This document shows positions 1-11,965 of a stretch of DNA of 33,710 nt, in pieces. The translations under genes were made by a program, and so were the position numbers. This DNA is from Octopus bimaculoides (lineage: Eukaryota): assembly GCF_001194135.2 (NCBI RefSeq), contig NC_068987.1, positions 102,758,407-102,792,116 on the forward strand, written 5' to 3'. Under the pieces are notes generated by a model. That model made no database searches and was not told the origin of the DNA. It worked only from the letters and a program-made list of their open reading frames with translations. Every line of letters starts with the position of its first letter. Position 1 is the stretch's first letter.

Positions 1-32
<32 letters not shown>
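1..32. repeat. (AT)n microsatellite
   Basis: Perfect dinucleotide run at the window start. Confidence 0.97.
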
Positions 33-34
<2 letters not shown>

Positions 35-949
35 TATTACAGGAACACTGTCAATTCATCGTTGCTGTTTGTTTGAAGGTTCTTTAAAAGATTTTTCTTC
101 TTTTCCTAAGACTTAACTTGATTTGCAAATTTTTCTCCTCGACTAAAAGATGTATTAGGAGTACACGAAGGAAATTTCCCCTTACTTTCCATTATGATAT
201 CTAAAGAATATTTTGTTTTTAAAGGTAATTGATCTATATGGGGAAATAATCTATGAATAGCTAGAGGATTTAAGCTCTTCGATAATAAGCATTGTTGAAT
301 TACTGTGCTTTAAATGATTTCAATAGAGAAAACCTAAGATCCAGCTCTAGAAAAATTCCAGTTAGCTAACGTAAAAAAAAAATTGTATGCAGGTTTATTT
401 TTAGGCCATTTTAATATTCACAATAATTTAACAGCTCCATTATAAAGGAGTTTATCCCTGCTCCTCTATTTACAAGGATTCTTCCCTTAACTGGAAGTTG
501 GGTTCAGAAATAAAATTTTTAAAATACTCATTTTTCTTGGAGGCTCAGGAGGCTTCAAACAGAAGGGGAACTTCATTTTGATGCAATAAATACATATCGT
601 AATTGAAGACTTTACTTGTAAGATACTAACTTGTGTCTGAAGTTAGATGCACAACCAGTTTTAAACAAATAGCAAGTGATTAGCAAGATTTCTATAGAGA
701 AGAACATCAATTTATTTTTCATTCTGTGTTTCTGTCTTTTTTGTGTTGAAATTAATGCTAATGCCAATAGTCTGGTGATTGTCCAAAACAGAGGGGTAGT
801 AAAAAATAAATTGATTTGTAGAGACTCTGTGGTCCACCATTGTTAACTACATTCGAGACACTATCGCTGAAGTACTACCGAAAATGGAGCCTGAAGTGCG
901 ATTCATTCACAAAGAAACATGTTGGTGGAATAAAGCAGTGTAAGCATGT

Positions 950-2600
950 TCTTTTCCGAGCCAAAGGGAGGAACGCATGCTAACATGAGGACCACTATCG
1001 ATGTATACATAGAAGATTTGATGATAGCGATAATGAAACTTATTGAAGAGATATATGGGGAATCAGTTTTTGATGTTATTGATACTGCTAATTTCTATAC
1101 ATATATGATTTTTGCTTTGTTGTTTTTCATGGCGGTTATAAATGTTTGTCTGCTTCCTATTTTCAGTAATTCGCTATATTTATTTCCTTGTGTTCTTGTT
1201 TTATGGAGAGCTTTATTTCCGTTGATTACAGTATTGGTGTATTGTATAGGAGGATGTTCCTAACTATTTTCTTTAATAATACAGTGTTTATTTTGGTGAT
1301 TGTGGTGTTGTTGAAATCTCAAAACCTTAATTCCGTTTCCTGTTGGAACGAATGCGACTTGGCTATTCTTATTTTTGAAGTTTGTTAAAATGCTTTTGCT
1401 GTGTTCATTGATGTATGAGTGTGTTGTAAGGATGATGAAATAGGAAATTAGGCAAATGTTTTGGATTGTTTGACATGTGAATATGGCAACTAGGTATTTG
1501 GATGTGAATGTGGTGTCTATAAAAAAAGCTTTTATAGTTAGTTTAATGAAGCGTACGCTTTTCGGTGTCGGTGTTGGGTGTTAGATGCGTAAAGAGAATT
1601 TAATTGTATTGCTAATATGTAACCTTGCATGTTATAAGTATCTTCTAAATTTTTTAAAAGTTATTTTGTGTGCATTACAGTTCCTTCAAAATGATGATTC
1701 ATCACAAAAAGTTTAGTTATTTCAAACTTAGGGTGTCAATTAGTGGAATCGTTTATGAAATATGATAAATTTGATGAAGCATTCTTAATGGTTGAAAATA
1801 CTTACATTTTCGGATTTCGTCCACGATCTGCACTTGACCGCTAACTGGTCAACATATATTTAATCGATATTATGCATCGAATTCTCATCGCTAACTCATC
1901 ACTGAAGCGTTACATCATGTTTTCTTTTCTGAATTCTTTATTCTGTAGCTTATCTCAAATATCAATATTAACATCCATGGATATATTTTCAAGGAGATTT
2001 GACAACCTCGGCAAGCAAGGTGACTGTGGCTCTTTCATTAGTTCATGAAGATTTAGTAGTTTAAGTATGCTGTTACAGCGTAATTTTGTTATCTAGTTGG
2101 GACTAGGAGTTTGAAAGTGATTATTCATGAAGTAGCGGAAATTTTAAGGTTGATATGGAATCAAACTCAGCCGCCAGCATTTCTAACTGTTCTCTGAAGT
2201 TTAGTATTCGTTGACGTTTTAGTAGATTCAACATATCTTGTATATTCTGAGGATTTTTATAGTATATACATTTATGAGTGTATCATCTCTTTTAAAGTTG
2301 ATGCTGTGAATTTGAAGGAGATTTGCTTAATAACATAACAGATAGATTGACTAAGCAGAGTTTACTCCATTAGTTTAGGAGTAAGTTCTAAGTTTTAAGT
2401 CCCAGAAATAAGGTAGATTTGAAGACTGAAGTATATCAATTCTTTTAAACTGCTTTTGAGATTCCTTCGTGAAATATTATATGGTTTGTAAATGATATTA
2501 TTTGCCGTGATGACGATACGTTTGGCTGCAATCATTTCTGGCAAACTTTGTTTTTCTTTTTCTATTAAAAGATAAATGGATAGCACTGGAAAACACTACT
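950..2600 (-). mobile_element. Heavily decayed Penelope-like retroelement (RT, linker, GIY-YIG region)
   Basis: A/C-rich minus strand. Manual translation across stops and frameshifts gives, in the expected order: EMIAAKRIVIT..KP..KELIYFSLQI (RT N-term-like), DMLNLLKRQRILNF, DVTLQ, HRHRKAY..LFFIDTTFTSKYLVAIF..ISY..SYINEHSKSIL (resembles the Penelope linker FL.IID..F...KY.KIF..ISYS...IIN.HNKKIL), then IIY..PYISSIS..RYHQ (GIY-YIG-like). Matches are from remembered consensus, not a computed alignment. Confidence 0.5.
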
Positions 2601-4454
2601 CGATCCGGGTCGAATACGAATTCTTACAAATCAATATCTTTATATAACAGAGTGAATTTATAGATTTACAAGTTAGCTTTCATCTTTCGTTTTATTCATT
2701 ATCAGTCCAGTAACGGGTAATGATGATGACTTGAACACAGGACAAGATTTCTGTTTTAACACCATACTTGTAACAAGGAAGGCTTCTTTATGTATTTGAA
2801 ACTAATTTATGTGCTACAGTAATAGAAACGGTGTTCATCTAATAAGACTAATGGAAACATTCAGATGAATAGCGTAATACACACAGAAAGTCTTTTTTAG
2901 AAACTCAACATTTAGGCAAACTTTTGCATATCAAATACGTATTCAAGTGCTGCGGTGTGTCTTCGTCTTCGATCATTTCAGGTTGAATATGCAGATGGGG
3001 AAAACAGCTGTTTGGAGAGTGTACACCAAACTCGACTGGAGATACTCTGAACATTTTGTGTTCAATTTAGCTGTATTTGTATATTCGTAGGACTCGCTCA
3101 CGGACAGTTCTAGTCAGACAACCGAAATATCATGTGAACAATGGCTGTTCATTGAATAAAATCTCAGTTGCGCACATGACTGAATCGTGATTTTTACGAT
3201 GCAAAACGCTGAATTGAATCCAATTCTATATACTCGTATATAAATCAAGAGAACTTACACCATAACCTAAGAAAAGTATAACCATGATTTAAACTGATGT
3301 CCTTGCTTACAGTGCCGATGTATTCCATTTCGCAATGTCCATATATATGACCTATTTGTGGATAGATAATTATGATAATTTACTGTGAGCGTATGAAACA
3401 ATCTCTCTTGGGATAGAAATGATAAATACTTAACCAGGATATGAAACGGTGTCACATGATACAAAATAGTTTTATACTGAAGTATGACTTCGGAGAAACA
3501 TGATCGGAAGACGTTTATGCTTAAATAATTATTCGAGTCATGGTTGTTAATGTCAATTTTCGGTCAGCATTCACAGGATACAGAACTGCGCTTGTCGATA
3601 GCCTTCAAATTCAGTCAGATCTTCATTAAGTTGAATGAAGTTCGTTGAGAACAATAAGTTTAGTAAACCTAGAGAAACCTCATTAGGGGATGTGCTTACT
3701 TCATCGCATAAGTGAAGAGGCGTACATACGTAGAGTAGACAGCAGTTGAGGCGCAATAAACACCTTGCTGGTTCAGAGCAACATTACAGCGCCGTTTATA
3801 GCAACAGTATATGAGATATCGCATGTGTCAGCTAGCATTTATAACATGATTGTGAGTGAATTTTATCGACGAACACGACGATCAATTCCTATAACGATGT
3901 GATATAGAATGTTTGAATGCGTGTGATGTTTTCAAATGGCAATCAATTTCAGTTCATAGAGATTATATAACAATTATCAAGCATTTGCCTCGGTTTCTAA
4001 GCTAAAACTCAACAACACACAAAAGAAACATATTTAATGGCTTAGTCAGAGAAACAACTGCGCCTATAATCTTTTAGCGCCTCGGTAGGAAGCTCTCAAC
4101 TAGTGGTAGTAGTCGAAGACGTTATCGTCCGAACAGAAGCATAGCCAACATTTTTGTAATACAGTTATAGTGGATTCCTTTAAAAGCACTCAAGGGTCTG
4201 ATAGTATTATTAAACGTGACTGATGAAGTTTGCAAATTATACAGGTACAACGAAAAAGAAGTTTCGTTGTTCATATCGATCTACAAGGTGATTTTTGTTA
4301 AGTCAGAGAAGTAAACTTGTGGAGTGTATTGAATTAGAAATCGTATTGCGATCTCAGTTTCCTGAGTGCATTCCTATTGTTCTAACCGTTAACCAATTTA
4401 TCCTGTTACATATTGATGTCTTAACATTTTTATACTCTTCCGTGAATAAGAGTG

Positions 4455-4760
4455 TAGTAAAGAGAGAGGAAAGAAAGAGTTGAAGAGGAGAACGACAGAG
4501 TTAAAGGCGAAAGGAACAGAATAAGGAAGGAGATAAAGAAAGAATGGGAAAATTTGAGCTAGGAGGGAAACAGACAGAAAAGACAGAGCACAAAGGTTAT
4601 CATTAATTACTATCTCGTGAGCATGCGTGACTTAGTCAAATCTAAATGAACAGATGCAAGAGGAGAAGAGAAAGAGAGAAACGAAGAGAAAGGGAGACAA
4701 GGGAGAGAGATAAAGAGAAAGAGAGAGGGTGATGGAGTGAACAAAAGATAAACGACATCA
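4455..4760 (+). repeat. GA-rich polypurine low-complexity tract
   Basis: About 300 bp dominated by AG/GAA/GAGA runs, interrupted near 4600-4660. Confidence 0.7.
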
Positions 4761-5044
4761 GTTGATTGGTTAATGTCCATTTTAATGCCACGCAGGGAAT
4801 AAAATGCTCAAAGATAACGATGATTGCTAAGGGAGAAAAACAAGTGCAACATCAACAGCAATAGTCATATAAAAAAATTGCCAACAACAAAAGGAATAAT
4901 AACAATATCAATAACAGTAACTATAATAATATGAAGAAAACAAATCGAAAGCAAATAAACCAAATTTGTATAGATGCTATACAAAAATCAATTTTTTTAA
5001 GTCAGTATCACCAGTCTGGTTTTATTATTCGTAGCTGGAGAGTT

Positions 5045-5245
5045 GTTAGTTGGTAAAATCGGCAGTGCTGAATAAACATAAAACGGGGGTGAGGGAAGTG
5101 ATGTACTGAGTTACGTCCCTTTATGAATTTGCCGTTCACCCATTTTGGCCTCTACGAAATAAGTAGCAGTTAACTGATGGGATCAGTGAAAACGACTATT
5201 TTTTTTACCAAGATTTGTAGTCTTGAGCTGAACTGAGACATAAAT
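5045..5245 (+). mobile_element. Old, diverged SINE related to family A
   Basis: Colinear similarity to the family A copies in this window: tactgagtt ~ ttctgagttc; tttgccgttcacccattttgg ~ tttgcctttcatcctttcgg; aaataagtagcagtt ~ aattaagtaccagtt; aaacgacta ~ aatcgacta; ccaagattt..gtcttgagct ~ the type-2 tail. Confidence 0.6.
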
Positions 5246-6245
5246 ACTTAGTGCTTCGCCCCTTTAAGATCCGAGAGCATATCTTGTGCTGAATACAGTA
5301 ACAAACAGAATAGTAATATGATTGATTAATTACTCTGTATCCACGTTTTAAATTTTCCTAGAGAACTTTCAGTGTTCGTTGAAATGTATTAATATATGCC
5401 GTTTTTCTTCTTTACAATAAGCGTCTGCCTCTAAACATCGGAGTTCTATTTTGCTTTCCGTCGTTCAAGGATCGCTAGAATAATTATAATTAATTATAAT
5501 GGTATTCGATAAAACTAATTAGAATACTCATCGCATTTCCTTGATATATTTACCTCAACATTACTTGATTTGCTACCCCGTTCTGAAATAAATTTGTAGC
5601 GCATTTTTGTCTTTCGTTCTTCTAGAGTCCATTAAATGCCATAGATTTCTATTATTCTTTAATCTCAGCTGATCAATCTCTCAGTATTTCAACTACAAAG
5701 TATCTTTTGGCTACTGTTTCGGATGTTAGAAAAACAGGTTTTGTTTTATACATTACGGCTATACCTCGCTTTAAGGATTATTATGTGAGATCCCAGGGAA
5801 ATTTACCTGATGGTCCTATCAGATAATGTAACTGCGTAAATGGCCACAATATGATTCGAAGAATTACTGACAATCTTTACTCTTGATCCGCAGGTCAAAT
5901 TCAATTGAGCAGAAATATCATCAGAAGTATTAAAACCATGATATTCACGTCTTAGTTTACAGGATTAGCGCACCAAATATAACATTCTCCAATATGTTCT
6001 CTATAAATATGCAAAAAAACGCACTACTAATTTTAGTAGATCGAACGATGATACAGAGGTCCCTTCGGTGGCCTGTGTGCAATACCAGTAATATATTGTT
6101 ATTAATTTAATCTTTACATCTTCTTTGACTTTGTTTCAACAAAAGGAACCATTTTTAGATGTCAGACAAAAGTAAATCAAATGAAATGACAAAAACTATT
6201 TCACTTAAACACCGCTCCCTCGCCACACTTCAATCTAGCATTCAT

Positions 6246-6349
6246 TTCTTCTTCTTCTTCTTCTTCTTCTTCTTCTTCTTCTTCTTCTTCTTCTTCTTCT
6301 TCTTCTTCTTCTTCTTCTTCTTCTTCTTCTTCTTCTTCTTCTTCTTCTT
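6246..6349. repeat. (TTC)n microsatellite running into an assembly gap
   Basis: Perfect TTC run of at least 34 units. Confidence 0.97.
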
Positions 6350-6698
6350 NNNNNNNNNNNNNNNNNNNNNNNNNNNNNNNNNNNNNNNNNNNNNNNNNNN
6401 NNNNNNNNNNNNNNNNNNNNNNNNNNNNNNNNNNNNNNNNNNNNNNNNNNNNNNNNNNNNNNNNNNNNNNNNNNNNNNNNNNNNNNNNNNNNNNNNNNNN
6501 NNNNNNNNNNNNNNNNNNNNNNNNNNNNNNNNNNNNNNNNNNNNNNNNNNNNNNNNNNNNNNNNNNNNNNNNNNNNNNNNNNNNNNNNNNNNNNNNNNNN
6601 NNNNNNNNNNNNNNNNNNNNNNNNNNNNNNNNNNNNNNNNNNNNNNNNNNNNNNNNNNNNNNNNNNNNNNNNNNNNNNNNNNNNNNNNNNNNNNNNNN
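6350..6698. other. Assembly gap (N-run)
   Basis: Ns, bounded by (TTC)n and (TA)n. Confidence 0.99.
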
Positions 6699-6759
6699 TA
6701 TATATATATATATATATATATGCATACGTATACACAGATGTACGTATGTATGCATGTCT

Positions 6760-7000
6760 GTATATCTCAATCGGTTGTCCTTGATTCAAACGCCGGGCCT
6801 TCCACGTCCCAGTCATAAACTGGCTTTTTGCCGAAGTACAAAAATGAAAAATAATTATTGTTGACAGAAACGATAAAGCATTTTTGCTACATGCTTTACA
6901 GTATTTCATTCTGATGGTTTCAGTTCTAACAGCATTATCACAGAATATTTTATTGAATCGATATCAACAGTACACATGAAAATTGGCTAAATGCCTATTC
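6760..7000 (-). mobile_element. Possible decayed Penelope-like RT fragment
   Basis: Minus-strand translation: FMCTVDIDSIKY (motif-A-like, cf. LVT.DI.SLY), then VNNNYFSF..GPAFESR (cf. NNYF.F..G.AMGS), in RT order, with stops in between. Confidence 0.4.
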
Positions 7001-7027
7001 AATAAAACCCCTCGCAATCTTCATGAC

Positions 7028-7100
<73 letters not shown>

Positions 7101-7131
7101 GTTATTATTATTATTATCATTATTATTATTA
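7028..7131. repeat. (ATT)n microsatellite
   Basis: Near-perfect ATT run; source of the poly-Ile ORF 7023-7229. Confidence 0.97.
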
Positions 7132-7229
7132 ACGTTATAGACATCATCACCATCATGAGCATCAGCATCATCCTAAAGTTTTTGTCAGTAAATATCGATA
7201 TTACGAACTCTTTTTCCGTATTTAATTGA

Positions 7230-7700
7230 TTGCTCTGAAGAAGGACGGGATTTTATTTGGAAATATTGTTTTAAATATTCTCGAGTATGGAAGGGGATGA
7301 AAGTCTGCGCCTCTAAATGAACAAGACAGCAGTCTTTCTACCTGCCTTCTACAATCTGTGGGCGAAGATATTTTTTAAAGAAACACCAAGAATTTTGACG
7401 GTCGATCAAAGATGAACTGTTGGAAACGGTCATGGCACCTATGGTGTTCGGCTTTGTCTGACTGAAATGCTTTGGTAAATGAAGGGCTTATGATAATTAT
7501 CTTGTCCAATGATCGGTAGATGTAGCTCTCTTCAAAAATAGATATCTACTTACTGCTGTCAGCCATCTTCACCAAAAGAAAGAACAGGGTGTTTATACTG
7601 TAGGTTCACACGCTCAAGCTGCGCCAGGAGGAAGGCCCACGCATGGAATTCCTAATATATTTGTAGAAGTTGAAGCGTTAAGTATTTTGCCAGCTCGAAT
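7230..7700 (+). mobile_element. Possible very decayed RTE-type LINE 3' ORF remnant
   Basis: Frameshifted pieces SRVWKG..KTAVFLPA..VNEGL..PGGRPT resemble the RTE post-RT region (RVWK..AVLP.LLYG..NEEL..RGRP). Weak. Confidence 0.3.
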
Positions 7701-7744
7701 ATACGTTTAATATTAAGAGCAATGATAAATAAATGAATAATATT

Positions 7745-7975
7745 TATTTTTTTATTGCCCACAGGGGGCTAAACATAGAGGGGACAAACAAAGACAGATA
7801 CAGGGATTAATCCGATTACATCGACCCCAGTGCGTAACTGGTACTTATTTAATCGACCCCGAAAGGATGAAAGGCAAAGTCGATCTCGGCGGAATTTGAA
7901 CTCAGAACGTAAAGACAGACGAAATACCGCTAAGCATTTCGCCCGACGTGCTAACGATTGTGCCAGCACGCCGCT
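7745..7975 (-). mobile_element. tRNA-derived SINE, family A (type-1 tail)
   Basis: Sense: gcggcgtgctggcacaatcgttagcac (A-box-like), gagttcaaattcc (B box), central ttcatcctttcggggtcgat..taagtaccagt (resembles the Meta/MESC domain as I recall it), tail ..gtttagccccctgtgggcaataaaa. About 85-90% similar by eye to copies at 12590 and 18937. Confidence 0.92.
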
Positions 7976-7994
7976 CTAATGAATGAAAAATATT

Positions 7995-8207
7995 CTTTTC
8001 TACTCTAGGCACAAGACCCGAAATTTGGGGGGATTGGAAGCAGTCGATTAGATCGACCCAGTACTCAGCTGGTACTTATTTTATCAACCCGAAAGGATGA
8101 AACGCAAAGTCGACCTTAGCGGAATTTGAACTCAAAACGTAAAGACCGACGAAATACCGCTAAGCATTTCACCCAGCGTGCTAAGGATTCTGCCAGCTCA
8201 CCGCCTT
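7995..8207 (-). mobile_element. tRNA-derived SINE, family A (type-2 tail)
   Basis: Same head and core as family A, with the alternative tail ..cccccaaatttcgggtcttgtgcctagagtagaaaag. The pair is bounded by a perfect 17-bp repeat aataaatgaataatatt at 7728-7744 and 8208-8224. Confidence 0.92.
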
Positions 8208-8639
8208 AATAAATGAATAATATTAACTGAAAAAGAACAATGAAATACATACTGTAATTATGAGAGTGAATCGTACGACCGAAAAGATTACAACACAAAA
8301 AGTTTTCAGTAACTGAAACAGGCTTAAAACAAAGTATTATTCGTATTAAATGATCAAGAAGAAAACACACAGTATTAATGATAACAAAATAAGAAAAAAG
8401 TATATTTGAATGGCTTATATCACACACAAATAGCAAATGAACTTGTAGAGATATTCGTATATGCAATGTTTGCCTAGTACAAATTCAAATGGGGAATTAC
8501 TTTTGTTTGTGCATGTGCATAAACTGTAGTCAGCTTATGAACATTTCAGCTAGGGGTAGTTTCAAAGGGGTCCCTGTATACCGTTGCTCACGTGATGCCG
8601 CAAGACCATTATAAACATATAGTTTTTAAAATATAGAAG

Positions 8640-8728
8640 ATACATACATGTATATATATATATACATAAATGCATATATATATACCCATATTTATTGGCA
8701 CACGTACACATGCACACACACACACACA

Positions 8729-8809
<81 letters not shown>
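8640..8809. repeat. Compound (TA)n/(CA)n/(TACA) microsatellite
   Basis: Direct reading. Confidence 0.95.
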
Positions 8810-8810
<1 letters not shown>

Positions 8811-8811
<1 letters not shown>

Positions 8812-9302
8812 AAGCATTATCTTCTCCTCTGTTGAAATCTTGTAAATAAGGAGCAGCCTTTTAACAAACATACCATGTTCCATCGTTAGAATATGCATAA
8901 CAAGAGTAAATCCACATCCTGAATTTGAGAAAGAAAAGTCTTGCACATTTTCACTGTTCTACTTATGCGAATTAGCTGTTTTGATTTCTTTTTATGAAAA
9001 CCCTAGCTTATCCACATTGTCACTTGAGCATTTGCTTACAAAGCCAAGTCCAATGCTTATTGTTACTATAAAATGTGAATTCATAATTTGGATATAGAAG
9101 CTGAAAGTTTTGAAGCAGTTGTCGGTAGTTATCCTCGTTTTCTATGATTTTCGAAGGGATATTCACATCTGCAAGGCAGTTGACCTCCAAGGTGATATAT
9201 ACATTTTCACGTCTGTCCCAAATGACAGCATCTGGTATGTTAAGTTTACACTTAACAGAAGATTTGATGAAATGTTCCACAAATATTCTCTGTTTTGACG
9301 TT
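8811..9302 (-). mobile_element. 5'-truncated RLE-type (R4/Dong/R2-superfamily) LINE: endonuclease C-terminus plus 3' UTR
   Basis: NREYLWNIS..KSSVKCKLNIPDAVIWDRRE..LEVNCLAD (PD..D/E RLE motif; ORF 9020-9280), then after a frameshift GLGFVSKC..KLGFS and RTVKMCKTFL (cf. GTVKICKTFL terminus). Flanked by tatgtatgt at 8801-8809 and 9303-9311 (candidate low-complexity TSD). Confidence 0.8.
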
Positions 9303-9582
9303 TATGTATGTATGTTCATATTCAATAACAGCGGAGTTTATCAATATCTATTCCGAGGCAGTCTTTTTTTCGAACGTCATCGTATATTTTTTTTAATGAA
9401 GCTTTGTGTCACGTATGGAGGATTATGCTGATGACTTCTTGGGCAGCTTCCAAATACACGTGTGACATCTTCCATAGCAATGACGTAGCCTAGACCATGG
9501 ATTACATCTTGGGGCGGCAAGGGCTCCACTATTTCTTTTGCTTACCAGGTATTTCGTCGCTATCTTTTGTGCTTCAAATGCA

Positions 9583-9952
9583 TTCTTTTATTCCTTTAAT
9601 TGTTTCACTCATTTGACTGCGGCCATACTGGAGCACCACCTTGAAATTGTTCAGTCGAAGAAATCGTCCCCAGGAATAATTATTTGCAAGCCTACTACTT
9701 ATTCTATCGGTCTCTTTTGCCGAAACACTAAGTTGCGGGTACATAAACACACATATACACACACACACACACATACACATACACACATACGACGAGCTTC
9801 TGTTAGTTTCCGTCTACCAGATCCACTCACAAGGCTTTCGTCGGCCCGAGGCTCCAGTAGGACACACCTGCGCAAGGTGCTACGCAGTGTGACTGAACCT
9901 GAAATCATGGGGTTGAGAAGCAAGATTTTACCACACAACCACGCCTGTGCCT
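9583..9952 (-). mobile_element. tRNA-derived SINE, family C (CORE-like domain, internal GT/TA microsatellite)
   Basis: Sense: aggcacaggcgtggttgtgtggtaaaa (A box), ggttcagtc (B-box-like), caccttgcgcaggtgtgtc (CORE-like), internal (GT)n, 3' module gaccgatagaataagta..cctggggacgatt..tcgact..gtgctccagtatggccgcagtcaaatga, A-rich tail. Confidence 0.88.
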
Positions 9953-11839
9953 AAAATAAAATGCTTGTGACCGGACCTTTAATTTTCGCAAGAGGGTTTC
10001 TTCAATGAGTGAAAAGATTTACCTCTGGAATTTTATAGGAAATCAGAAGGTAAACTACATTACAGGAGACTACTTAGAGGTTGTGAAATTACATTTATTG
10101 CTAAATTAGCAGTGCTAGAAAATGTTATGCTTATCATTCATAATAAAAATCTGATGAAAAAATTACAAAGGTCAGAAAAGAAATTTTATATGTAAAAACC
10201 AGAAGCCAAGCTCATAAAGAAATATTATATAGTCATGAAGTAATAGAAAAATCTGTATAATATATAAACAATATTTAAATTAGTAAATAGAGAATAATAA
10301 GGGATAAGGAATATAAAACAAAGAAATATGAACTAAATGATATAAAAAGCACGAATGAATTTTATAAGGAAGAAATAAAAAATATTAATTGAATAAAGGT
10401 CAGGAATCGGTGAAGTATGAAAATGGACTGAGGATGTATTCCTTCTTTTAATTAAATGAAGTAATTAAACTGAGGGTTTAAAATGTTTTATTTCTAAAAT
10501 ACTTCAAGTTGTAGTGTGAGGGTATATTATATATACGTATGTGTGTGTGCGTGTGTCTGCGCATATGTACATGTGTGCCTATGTATATAAATATAGATGC
10601 TTAAGCACTACTAATGTGTGTTTGTGTGGATGTGCGTTGTTTTAATATGCTGTATTAATGGCCAAGTAAATATAATTTTTGTTTATACATTTCCCTAAAA
10701 GATTCGAGTCTATGTTATGCATTAGTTCAAAACAGATGTTAGCAAATTATTATGTAAAAGATATTAAAGAAATTTAAATATAAATGTTGCATAGCTCAAG
10801 TTGCGTGTGAGCGCGAGCGCGAGTGTGAGTGTATGTGTGTGTGTGTGTGAGTGTGTGCGAATATATACGTGCGTTAAGTTCACATCTTTCAAACCATTTA
10901 TTCATTTTGATCTTATTGAAGTCACTAACAACTACAAAGAGTGCAAGTAAATTCGTGCTAAGCTCAATATTTTAAATTAAACTAACAATAAATACTAGCA
11001 CTTGATTACCGGTGTGAAACTGATAGCACAGATATATTATAACATTAACTACATAAAAATTATATAAGGAGTTTACTATGGAAATACATTAAATTTCACT
11101 TATGGTATCCTAAGAAGTTCCGCTGAACATAAAAACGTGAACGAAATCTCATTTATAAATACATACATGTAAGGTAGTTTAACTCAGTGCAACGGAAAAT
11201 TATATTTAATGTAAATAAGTAAATTTGTATAGATCGGTGTAGTTAAATATGCAGATTGTAAATCAGTAAAATATTTAAATAAGCAAAATGTATTACGTAA
11301 AACTGTATAGAACGGTGTACCGTGTAAAAAGGTAGGAAAAAATATGTAAGGTAGTGATTTGGAAATTTACATAAAATAATTTGGATAGTTTAGTGGAAAT
11401 ATTGAAGTATATACGAAATGGAAATCATGTAATATTAGTTATATAAGCCTATGCAGAATGAAAGTCATGCGTATATAAATGTGCATAGACAGTAAAGAAA
11501 TAGAAGTATGCACACGCATAACCTTATATAAATGCAAAAGAAAATGCGTTTAACACACATAAACAATTCCATGAGTACGCTCAAAAGCACACTTATACGC
11601 ACACACGCATACACACACACACACATACATATTCATAAACGCAAGTACATATATGCATATATAGACGTAGAAATATGAATATTTACTAAGAAATGTATGA
11701 AAACACATGGAACAAATGTTTATATTGACACTTATCGACCCAGGGAAACGTATATTCATTGATACAGATATGAATATACATACCTAATTTCTATGAATAC
11801 GAACAGCTTCATATTTTCATATACGTTTATATTTACGTT

Positions 11840-11965
<126 letters not shown>

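Noticed and set aside
33-600. About 67 stop-free codons on the minus strand (STVIQQCLL..NQVKS)
   Set aside because: No start codon at its 5' end, no convincing splice sites and no recognisable motif.
946-1263. 105-aa hydrophobic ORF that looks like a membrane protein
   Set aside because: T-rich antisense of an A-rich decayed retroelement, which automatically gives hydrophobic translations; no recognisable family. The same applies to 15011-15607.
5483-5500. 18-bp palindrome attataattaattataat, and an 11-bp inverted repeat at 6948/6997
   Set aside because: Almost purely A/T and low complexity; expected by chance at this composition.
6159-6909. Long ORFs with poly-F/E/R and X runs (also 21626-22074, 22699-23752, 32390-32902)
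   Set aside because: They are open only because they cross microsatellites and N-gaps.
8540-8580. ..ccctgTA resembling a Tc1/mariner terminal inverted repeat; also a hAT-like caatggtttcctaaa near 30181
   Set aside because: No partner TIR or transposase sequence found nearby.
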